Made by a program: the position numbers and the translations under genes | Shown here: positions 1 to 8,104 of the stretch, one piece after another | Numbering within the stretch: position 1 is the first letter of the stretch | Layout of the letters: the number at the start of each line of letters is the position of its first letter | Notes under the pieces: generated by a model | What the model was told of the DNA's origin: nothing | Databases searched by the model: none | What the model saw: the letters and a program-made list of their open reading frames with translations, nothing else | Assembly (NCBI GenBank): GCA_021774615.1 | Contig: JAJFIW010000010.1 | Coordinates: forward strand, 10,230 to 74,229 | Direction: 5' to 3' | Length of the DNA stretch: 64,000 bases | Source of the DNA: Alphaproteobacteria bacterium | GTDB lineage: Bacteria; Pseudomonadota; Alphaproteobacteria; UBA1280; UBA6503

Positions 1-1385
1 TGGTTACCAAATGTCTCTGGTTCAACCTTTTTGTTTGTAGCTTTTGCTTTTCTAGTAGAAGGAGGCCGTAATAGCTCGCCTTTATCGCCTGTTCTACGTT
101 CATCAAAAAATTGACCTGGGCGTGGTTTAACCACGGCATTTTCTGGGTCTGATAAAGCTTTCCTGTATTCTTCTAATGTTGCATTAGTCTGCCCAATAAT
201 TTTCATATTTCTCTTTGCTAACTCGTCAGGAGGAAGAGTTGTTGGGTCAACAATGACCTTATCATCTTCTAGCCTTGCTGATGTCTCTTTACGGCGATCT
301 GCACGTTTTCGGGCTATAGCCTCTTGTAATGCTGCAAATCTATCTACATCTTCAGGGATATCTAGTTCTTCATCTCCAACAATAGGTTCGCCAGCTTCAT
401 CAGGTGTAACATCGAGAATTTCTAGCTTTATATTACTTGGTTCTTGCTCTTGTGGTGCTAGTGCGACCTCAGGCGTAGGGGGTGTGATATCGTCATTCCT
501 AACGATAGCCTCAGCTTGTAGTGGATCTTCTTGGTTAGGCACAGTTGTAATAGGTACATCTTGTGCTACGTCATTTAATGTTCCAGTCCAACGAGATAGA
601 GACTCAATAGCGGTATCCTTATTCTGATAAAAGAAGAAAACCCCACCAACTAACATAATAATTAAAATAACAGATACAGCACCACCAGTTTTTGTGCCAA
701 TATCTGCGCCAACATTAGGAACATTGCCAGCTACTGTATCGCCAGGTAATATTGTTTTCTCGCCACTACTCTTCTTCTTCCATGGCGGAGTTTTCGGCGA
801 CTCAACCGCAGGAGCACTATCAAAAGGGGAACGGTCTGGCTCATCAGCAAATGGGGCTGATGCAGCTTTATTAACTGGCATGTCTACAAAGTCATCTAAG
901 TCCCACTGTTGGTTATCATCAGATACAATAACAGCTTCTTTGGTGTCTTCTGCCATCATAACAGTTTCATTACTATACTGTTTATTATCATTTCCACCTA
1001 AAATAGCCTCTGTTGATATATTGTGTTGATGAGGCGGTTTATTACTACTCATAGCCTCATGGTGGTCATCAGGGCGCGATACAGGTGTTTCTAGAACCAT
1101 ATCCTCTTCATCAAACTGGGCCTTAACAAACGGGTCTGGGATATCCTCAGGCATGCTAAAAGGGCTATTTGCTAAGTCAAATTTAGCATCTTTCTGCCCT
1201 GGAGGGGGTGGGATATCTTCAAGAATGTCAATATTGTCTTCTTTAGGGGCAATAGGTGTATCAGCGGCGGCAGCTTTATGCCCATCCGATGGTTTATCTG
1301 CTGCTAATGTTTTATCTTCCGCCTGTGTAACAAGTTCTTCATCAAACTTATTACTCTGACTTGGAAGTTTACGCTTCATAACCAT
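1..1385 (-). CDS. Partial CDS (3-prime end runs off the window): acidic, Pro-rich single-pass membrane protein immediately downstream of traC
   Basis: Manual reverse-complement translation from ATG 1385 (or 1379) stays open to nt 1 (>460 codons: MVMKRKLPSQSNKFDEELVTQAEDK ... GGAVSVILIIMLVGGVFFFYQNK ... RKAKATNKKVEPETFGN). It is absent from the ORF track because no stop lies inside the window. The Ser-rich + strand ORFs at 253-1359 are its antisense shadow. Confidence 0.6.
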   Translation of the reverse strand, partial: MVMKRKLPSQSNKFDEELVTQAEDKTLAADKPSDGHKAAAADTPIAPKEDNIDILEDIPPPPGQKDAKFDLANSPFSMPEDIPDPFVKAQFDEEDMVLETPVSRPDDHHEAMSSNKPPHQHNISTEAILGGNDNKQYSNETVMMAEDTKEAVIVSDDNQQWDLDDFVDMPVNKAASAPFADEPDRSPFDSAPAVESPKTPPWKKKSSGEKTILPGDTVAGNVPNVGADIGTKTGGAVSVILIIMLVGGVFFFYQNKDTAIESLSRWTGTLNDVAQDVPITTVPNQEDPLQAEAIVRNDDITPPTPEVALAPQEQEPSNIKLEILDVTPDEAGEPIVGDEELDIPEDVDRFAALQEAIARKRADRRKETSARLEDDKVIVDPTTLPPDELAKRNMKIIGQTNATLEEYRKALSDPENAVVKPRPGQFFDERRTGDKGELLRPPSTRKAKATNKKVEPETFGN

Positions 1386-1415
1386 TTGTTTAAAAGGCCC
1401 TGTCCTTCTTCTAAA

Positions 1416-4040
1416 TTAAGCAACACTCTTAGATGTATTATCACCTGTTATCTGCCGCTGTTTTGCTTCTGCTTGCTCCACTCGAACACCATTTGGGTAC
1501 ATCTGCGAAAATTTAATTGCTGCTTTCCATCTGTCACCACCATACTCTTTACCCAACCGAGCAAGCTCTGCAATATCATCTGGAGTTGTGGTTGCTAAAG
1601 CATAGGTTAGTTTATCACTAAGCAACCTACACACAACCTCTCCATGTGGCGACATCAAGTAAAACTCCGAGTAAAAACCTGGTTTTGTGTCAAGCGATGA
1701 AATATATTCGCTATGCCGCTCTGAACGAAGCCCTAAAGATTGCATTAATAATGGTATCATCTCGCGGCGTGGTTTAAGGATTAAGCGTTTGGTTATATTA
1801 CCAATAATAGCTTGCCCAACTTCCGAGGTTAAATCTTCCTCGTTCTGGGTTGCAATCCCGCACATGCAGTTTAACGAGCGGTAAGTCCTAAATGCTCTTT
1901 TTAGCTGGTTTGCCACAGTCTGCCCGCCTTTTGCAGTTACCATAGAAATCATCTCATCAACCAAGAGGTGCTTCTTCTCGCTACGGTCACCAGTATACAT
2001 AATATTATCAAGCATCGTGAAAATAGCATTGATGATAACGTCTGATATTTTCTCTGACAGTACATTTTGTAGGTTAAAAACAACCAAACCATCTTTATCT
2101 GTTACCGATGGCTGCGCATCAAACAAACGGCCGTAAACACCTTCTGAACAATATGACCCCATAACCTCTGCAGCTTCAAAGCCAAGGTTACGTTGGTCAG
2201 TACTAGAGTATGGGAACCGTAAGAATGCTTCTTTAATCCATGTTGGGCGCAATACATCACCTTCAGGGACAAGTTCGTAGGCAAACTGTATGATTTGCTC
2301 GTTTAAACGTGCTTCTTCACGTGCGGCTTCATAGGTACCACCATTCATCAACATTAGTTCTAGTGCATTAGACCATTGCTGCAAGCGGTGTTTTGTCATC
2401 TCGCCAGCAAATGGGTTAATACATGCGCTTTGGCTATCAAGGTCAATAATAACTAGTTTACCCATGGTTTCAGCAAAACGGTCGTAGTCGTCTTTAATGG
2501 TCATTAGGTATTGTTTTCTGATACCTGCTGCAAATAGCTGCAACGTTAAGTCAGTCACTGCAAAAGACTTACCAGAGCCCGATGTACCAGTAATAGCATA
2601 GTGCCAGTTAACAAAGTCGTTACTGGTATGGTCAAAAAATGTTACTTCACCGTCACGGTTAACATATACCGATTGAGGGTTGTCATGCCCACCCCAGTGC
2701 CCATGCACTGGTACAAGCTCGCATAAATCATCCGAAATAACCCGCCTAGTACGTGCAAATGGTTTGGTATATTCAAACCTAAATACCAAAGGCCAGCTAT
2801 ACACAATAGACTGCAAACACATACTTCTCTCAATATCGGGGACAACTGATAATTTCTTGAAGTTAGAGTTTATTCGCAACATTCTATCTTCAACCTCACG
2901 GCGAGAGTAACCATGGACAATAACCCCAAGCTGCATATACATAATACGCCGCCCACCAACCATCCGTAGTTTAACTTCGGATGCCTCTTGACCCACAATC
3001 ATAGATTCTTCACGAGAGAATACCGTAGAAACCCTTTGCCGTAATGCTGCACTAACCGTAAGCGCAACTTTCTCTAACGCTTGATTTGCTTGTTTTATAT
3101 TAACAAATACAGTGTACTGGGTAGGTAAGGTACGTCTAATCATACCTAAATAATCGGGAAATATCTGGTCTGGCATCATCGCAAGCATTACTGTGCCGTG
3201 GTAGTCATGGCCAATCCGCACAATGTCGTTGTCGTGTTCAATAGGTAGCGGTAAAATTTGTTCTTTAAAATCACGGTTCTTATCAATAGTGACTTTTTGC
3301 CCTGGCTCTTTATATGAAGGAGCATAAGCTGTCCAGTAGTGCCTTTTAAGTTCTTCAAGCCCCATACGCTCAACACTAAACATTCCATCAAGAGTTGACT
3401 CTACCGATACTAATGCTTCCTGGAACTCATTAGCGGTACGTTTCATGGACTTGGTCACCATGTCCATAATCGTAGGCATCGCAATACCAAAATGGCCCAC
3501 AAAGAAACTTGCTAACGACTCCAAAGACTGTAGCATAAATTTAAACAAGCCATATTCAGCATAAGCTTCAGGAGAACGCATGGTAATAACCATATAAGTA
3601 TCGCGCAGCATAGAATAACGCCCAGGTGCTACTTGGTAGCCATTAAAACCAGATTCTAGCAACTTCTCCGCACGTGAGTGGCGCAAAACCTTAGCTCTAT
3701 CATTAGGAGGCGATGCCTCCAAATAACGCTTCATCTTATCCTCAAGGTTATTATGCGAAGTAATAATAATTTGGGTTTCATAGTCGTATGGCAAATTCTC
3801 TAAGAATGTTTGCAACTCTCTTACTGTTTGCACATGCCCCTCATCGTAGGAATATGAAGGCGGGACTGGTGTTTTCCAGCAAATACCCAAAGCGCCATCT
3901 GCCAATAAGTGCACCTTATTAAACTGTGATTCTTCGCTATTTTCAAACTCGAAATAAGGTAGTTGGTCAACAAGCATTTGCTGCCTAATAGGTGAATAAT
4001 GGCTACCTGGAGGAACTCCTTTACGATTGTTATCTGCCAT
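1416..4040 (-). CDS. traC: F-type TraC / VirB4-family conjugative transfer ATPase
   Basis: 874 aa with Walker A ITGTSGSGKSFAV. Size matches F TraC, it directly follows a TraV-like lipoprotein, and GGAAGG lies upstream of the ATG. Confidence 0.85.
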   Translation of the reverse strand: MADNNRKGVPPGSHYSPIRQQMLVDQLPYFEFENSEESQFNKVHLLADGALGICWKTPVPPSYSYDEGHVQTVRELQTFLENLPYDYETQIIITSHNNLEDKMKRYLEASPPNDRAKVLRHSRAEKLLESGFNGYQVAPGRYSMLRDTYMVITMRSPEAYAEYGLFKFMLQSLESLASFFVGHFGIAMPTIMDMVTKSMKRTANEFQEALVSVESTLDGMFSVERMGLEELKRHYWTAYAPSYKEPGQKVTIDKNRDFKEQILPLPIEHDNDIVRIGHDYHGTVMLAMMPDQIFPDYLGMIRRTLPTQYTVFVNIKQANQALEKVALTVSAALRQRVSTVFSREESMIVGQEASEVKLRMVGGRRIMYMQLGVIVHGYSRREVEDRMLRINSNFKKLSVVPDIERSMCLQSIVYSWPLVFRFEYTKPFARTRRVISDDLCELVPVHGHWGGHDNPQSVYVNRDGEVTFFDHTSNDFVNWHYAITGTSGSGKSFAVTDLTLQLFAAGIRKQYLMTIKDDYDRFAETMGKLVIIDLDSQSACINPFAGEMTKHRLQQWSNALELMLMNGGTYEAAREEARLNEQIIQFAYELVPEGDVLRPTWIKEAFLRFPYSSTDQRNLGFEAAEVMGSYCSEGVYGRLFDAQPSVTDKDGLVVFNLQNVLSEKISDVIINAIFTMLDNIMYTGDRSEKKHLLVDEMISMVTAKGGQTVANQLKRAFRTYRSLNCMCGIATQNEEDLTSEVGQAIIGNITKRLILKPRREMIPLLMQSLGLRSERHSEYISSLDTKPGFYSEFYLMSPHGEVVCRLLSDKLTYALATTTPDDIAELARLGKEYGGDRWKAAIKFSQMYPNGVRVEQAEAKQRQITGDNTSKSVA

Positions 4041-4049
4041 ATAAGTTAC

Positions 4050-4439
4050 CTACCTTCCTCTACCAAAGGCTGGTTGCTCATTTTCTGGCAGAACCCACTC
4101 ATATCTGTCAGTTAAGAAAATAGTTGCCCAATTACCAAACACACGGGTGTTATCATCGGTTACATGCGGGAAATTCCATACTAATAGTGTTTTAGGTGGT
4201 GCTACAACTGCTAGCTCTTTCTCTGGTAAGTAACTAGGGCGATTAATTTGTGGCCGCGGTAATGCTGGCAACGGTTCACCACCCGGCCCCATAATTGGCG
4301 CACGGTTAGAAGTACGCGACAAAGCATCATCCATAGAAATAGGGTTCTCTGGTGGCAAAGCACCACCATAAAATTTACACCCAGACAGAAGTAAACCGCC
4401 CAATAACATTAATAGTATATTACGACTCAGCAATTTCAT
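4050..4439 (-). CDS. traV: TraV-like outer-membrane lipoprotein of the T4SS core
   Basis: Start moved to ATG 4439 (AGGAGA 8 nt upstream), giving MKLLSRNILLMLLGGLLLSGC with a lipobox. The C-terminus LLVWNFPHVTDDNTRVFGNWATIFLTDRYEW resembles the F TraV C-terminus as I recall it. It sits between traB and traC as in F. Confidence 0.6.
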   Translation of the reverse strand: MKLLSRNILLMLLGGLLLSGCKFYGGALPPENPISMDDALSRTSNRAPIMGPGGEPLPALPRPQINRPSYLPEKELAVVAPPKTLLVWNFPHVTDDNTRVFGNWATIFLTDRYEWVLPENEQPAFGRGR

Positions 4440-4461
4440 TAGGCTTATTTCTCCTATAAAT

Positions 4462-5844
4462 CTATAGTACATTGTCAGCATTAAATAATAACGACCAGGC
4501 GTTACCTTCGGCGCGTAACTCAGTCCCACTTAGTAGAACAACATGAACTTTACGCATTGCATCAATCCGAATAAATGGTGACACACGCTCTGCACGCTCA
4601 AGCAAAAAGTCGGTTAAACGGTTAGTTGCACTAGCAACACCACCAGCAACAGATGCCCTAGCGTCGCTACCAGTCAAGAATGAAGAGTTAGTACCACTAG
4701 AATCCGTCACATTAGTAGACTGGTTACTGCTAATAACATTCGCAACACCTGCAGCAAACTGCGCTGCCATCGCTAAAGCTATCCGCCCAGAGTCACCCTC
4801 GAAAAACAGTCCAGGAACACCTTCAAGACCATCCTCAGCATCTACCACATAGCCTGTAATATCATAAGTAACCGCACCACGGTCAGGGTAAACACATGTC
4901 ATCCTGCTTGGTTTGCCTCTAGCACGTTCTGTAGATATATCGCCTTCAAACTCTAACAACATAAAACACCCATCGAGCATAACGGTAGAATTCATCGCTG
5001 TTTTATAAACACCATGCAAACGAGCCAATGACGGTGTAGCAACACCACTAGTGGCCAAAGCGTCGACACCATTTAATAAAGTTGCCTTAATAAACCCTAA
5101 AGGTGGAAGAAATGGGAGCGCGTCCTCTGGCTCAAGCTGATCAACGCCCCCTTGCCCCTCCGGGGATGCTACAACACCACCCGCAACACCTTGTAATAAT
5201 GCTTGGTTCCCAGAAACATTAGGGTTACCAGGAGAACTAAGACGAGTTTCAGAAATACGGCTAGGGGTACGGCGACGCACTTGTGTTTCTTCTTGTTGCT
5301 TTGCCGTCACAGAACGCAACCCTTGGCGCCGTGCTTCTTCAACCAAACGTGATATTTCATCACGCTGGCGAGCGTTAGATTGCTCCATAATTTGCATTTG
5401 CCCGTTAAGGACCTTCATGGTTTCTTGTAGCTGTGACTGCAACTGCTGCATTTCCTGTGCGCGTTGCTCAAATTCTCTTTGTTGTTGGCTAGATTGTTTT
5501 TGGATCTCGCTACGCATTTGTTGGAGAGCCTGTGTCTGTTGGGTCACAAAACCACGCCTAAGGGATGATCTATCTGGCCCTACAGGAGTAAAACCGTCTC
5601 TATTTTCTTCTACTCGTTCGATGTTTTGCTCAACTGCTATCATCTGTGAAGGGGCCTCCACAACTGGTGGTGGTTGGACCTCTTCTCCACCGCTACGCAT
5701 CAAGAATACCACAAAGAAAAACACAAATAGCCCAATAACACCAAACTTTGCATTTGGTGGGAGCTCGTTAAACCTTTGGATTCCGCCAGCTAAGCTATTA
5801 TCTTCTGCTGTACTGCCACCCATGCTGCCATGCTGTTCAGACAT
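4462..5844 (-). CDS. traB: TraB-like (VirB10/TrbI-family) T4SS core protein
   Basis: 460 aa with an N-terminal TM (FGVIGLFVFFFVVFLM), a Gln-rich coiled-coil segment and a C-terminal beta-rich domain. It lies immediately upstream of traV-traC as in F. Confidence 0.65.
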   Translation of the reverse strand: MSEQHGSMGGSTAEDNSLAGGIQRFNELPPNAKFGVIGLFVFFFVVFLMRSGGEEVQPPPVVEAPSQMIAVEQNIERVEENRDGFTPVGPDRSSLRRGFVTQQTQALQQMRSEIQKQSSQQQREFEQRAQEMQQLQSQLQETMKVLNGQMQIMEQSNARQRDEISRLVEEARRQGLRSVTAKQQEETQVRRRTPSRISETRLSSPGNPNVSGNQALLQGVAGGVVASPEGQGGVDQLEPEDALPFLPPLGFIKATLLNGVDALATSGVATPSLARLHGVYKTAMNSTVMLDGCFMLLEFEGDISTERARGKPSRMTCVYPDRGAVTYDITGYVVDAEDGLEGVPGLFFEGDSGRIALAMAAQFAAGVANVISSNQSTNVTDSSGTNSSFLTGSDARASVAGGVASATNRLTDFLLERAERVSPFIRIDAMRKVHVVLLSGTELRAEGNAWSLLFNADNVL

Positions 5845-6006
5845 TGTATTCTCTCTCTAAAAAGATGTTTCTATTTACCTATTATCCATAACATAGGCAA
5901 AACAAGAGTATATTTTTTATACTCTCTACCAGCATACAACTTTCTTAAAGAATATTCAAACAATCGGTTACAGTAAATTAATAGTCTTTTTGTAGATGTT
6001 TAAGGC

Positions 6007-8052
6007 TTATACAACTGGTGCATCTGTAAAAGCAGCATATGGAACTTGTGACTTTTCATCTTCAGTGCTAGTAGCTGCAAGAATATCGTATAGCTCGCTA
6101 GGTGGAGTGCCATACCAATAAGCCTTAATATATTCTTCTTTAGAATTTCTATACAAATTATGGCGCAGCCTAAGCAACCTAATTGCTTGTTCTGACATAC
6201 CAATAACAGCTTGTGCCAACCCAGAGTTTAGAGATTCCATATCTTCATAAGAATTGGGGTGGGTTTCTTCTTTGTCAAAAAACAAGTCTTCTAAATATTC
6301 TAAGTTTAAAGGGAATATGGCCTTAATAAGTTCTGGCGGGGATAAATCCTCGAAGTATCTATTTAATTGCGGATAGTCATAAATTGCTTCAGTGGTAGTA
6401 GTTACCATAAGGCTTGTGTCCCTAAACCATGGGGCGTCAATATCATGAGGGGTAGCAGCAATATACGAGGCAGGGCGCACGCTAGACTCAATAATAGGGC
6501 ATATATTCTCTTCTTCTTTAAAAGGTACGACTTTTTCTGACAAGCGTTTACGAGGATCCAACTCAGGTAACCACCAATTATCTAGCTCAAACTCGAAAAG
6601 TAGCGGTAGTGGGTGGTAGCCAACATCGCAAGAGTCCTCTCCATCATCAAACCTACGTAAAGTAGTTAAAGGCAACACCTTATTTTCATAACGTCTTTTT
6701 AGCTCTGCTCTGTCCATAATATCGTAACCACGCATTGAGATTACAGGGTAAAAACGTTCCTTCATCCCATCTGGTACACGCACTAATAGTTGGTTATTCT
6801 TAAGTTTATCGTTTTCGTAAGAGTTAATAACCTTATCTACACTCTCATAATAATAATGGAGAGGGTCCCACAAAGGGCCACGAGATTGCACAAAATGGCT
6901 ACTTTTAGCACACCACCCCCATATGGCAGGTGCTTCAAAATGGATAGGATGGGTCGGGATCCAAGCTGCCCCCCATTTAGCAGAAAGTCGCTGATGAGGT
7001 AGCCTTAGATCTGGTGTTTTAGGCTTTGGGTTGCCATTGTGTGGTGATACATACTTAGTACCATCGCTTACCACAACTTCTGCAGGTTGAACATGATACG
7101 ACAACATATACCCCGGCCTTATAACTTCTAAAATAGTACCTTCTGGTGCATCGCTTTCGCGGCGTTCTTTAATTGTATGAAGCCCCTGCACTGCTCTGCC
7201 TTGCCAAAAACCCTCAAGCTCAAAATTTGCGCCAACTTTATTATAGCCATTAAACGCTTCTATAGTCGGGATAAGAGTACAACCATCTGTAAATATCTGC
7301 TCGAAGAATTCATCTCCGCAGGAGCTGATAAAATCATCATAACCTTGCCCTTCAGGACGGCTTGACCAACGTTTCATGAGGTCTGCTGCTACTTGTTCTG
7401 CCTTATCTGGGGTTGTCTTATTTACAAATAGCATTTCGAGTTGGGGTAGTTTCCAGCCGTCTATATAAAATGTATCAAGGCGCAATTTATATGGGTACAA
7501 ATTTGCACTCGAGTATACATAAGGAAGCCCCACATCTGGCATATCTACAGGGGAAAATATCCTATTTAATGACATTTCTAAAGTTCTGAACCCTGTTAGA
7601 AATACATTTTCTAGCAATTTATTAATTTGTTGGTCGGTAACTAGCCTTACGCCTTTAGGTAAATGAGCATTCTGGATGCGGCTGTCGGATGACCATTCAT
7701 CACTTTTGCGTTGCTCGGGCCCTGTGCCAAGGTAAACTGTACGCCCTGCAAGGTCTCTTGCAAAAAGAGGTGAAATTGGCACTTCGTCATTATTCCCTGG
7801 AGCATCTTTAAACCAGCCTTTTATAGTATTATGCCCTAAAACATTACCAACAGGGGGTATCTTTAAAAAAGATGGGATATATAAGTTACTACCACTTTTA
7901 AGCTCGTCTCTGTTAAATAAAGCACTACTTGAGGCTAAAGAAGGATGCATCCCCTCCCATAAATTCCAGCGCATACCGAATACATCTAAACGAACAGTCG
8001 GGGTGGCGCCTTCTTTGTCACCCCAACCAGATTTATAGCCAAATAAGTCCAT
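6007..8052 (-). CDS. Hypothetical 681-aa Trp-rich protein with no signal peptide and no recognisable motif
   Basis: Long uninterrupted ORF co-directional with the tra genes, between traG and traB. No TM, lipobox, Walker or HUH motif was seen by eye. Confidence 0.6.
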   Translation of the reverse strand: MDLFGYKSGWGDKEGATPTVRLDVFGMRWNLWEGMHPSLASSSALFNRDELKSGSNLYIPSFLKIPPVGNVLGHNTIKGWFKDAPGNNDEVPISPLFARDLAGRTVYLGTGPEQRKSDEWSSDSRIQNAHLPKGVRLVTDQQINKLLENVFLTGFRTLEMSLNRIFSPVDMPDVGLPYVYSSANLYPYKLRLDTFYIDGWKLPQLEMLFVNKTTPDKAEQVAADLMKRWSSRPEGQGYDDFISSCGDEFFEQIFTDGCTLIPTIEAFNGYNKVGANFELEGFWQGRAVQGLHTIKERRESDAPEGTILEVIRPGYMLSYHVQPAEVVVSDGTKYVSPHNGNPKPKTPDLRLPHQRLSAKWGAAWIPTHPIHFEAPAIWGWCAKSSHFVQSRGPLWDPLHYYYESVDKVINSYENDKLKNNQLLVRVPDGMKERFYPVISMRGYDIMDRAELKRRYENKVLPLTTLRRFDDGEDSCDVGYHPLPLLFEFELDNWWLPELDPRKRLSEKVVPFKEEENICPIIESSVRPASYIAATPHDIDAPWFRDTSLMVTTTTEAIYDYPQLNRYFEDLSPPELIKAIFPLNLEYLEDLFFDKEETHPNSYEDMESLNSGLAQAVIGMSEQAIRLLRLRHNLYRNSKEEYIKAYWYGTPPSELYDILAATSTEDEKSQVPYAAFTDAPVV

Positions 8053-8104
8053 AATGTTTTTCTCTTATTTTTTATTCTTATTAGAACTTTTGTTTATTAA
8101 AGCA

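Noticed and set aside
253-1359. Four + strand ORFs (253-627, 694-1029, 1153-1359 and neighbours) with Ser/Ile/Ala-rich products
   Set aside because: Their low-complexity composition is typical of the antisense of an Asp/Glu-rich gene. The minus strand is open across the whole interval and continues the tra operon.
4440-4529. N-terminal 30-codon extension of the TraV-like ORF overlapping the end of traB
   Set aside because: The internal ATG at 4439 has an AGGAGA ribosome-binding site and yields a proper lipoprotein signal peptide. The extension has neither.
5417-5860. 147-aa + strand ORF rich in Cys/Ser/Trp
   Set aside because: It lies antisense within the Gln-rich part of traB and has no RBS or sensible composition.
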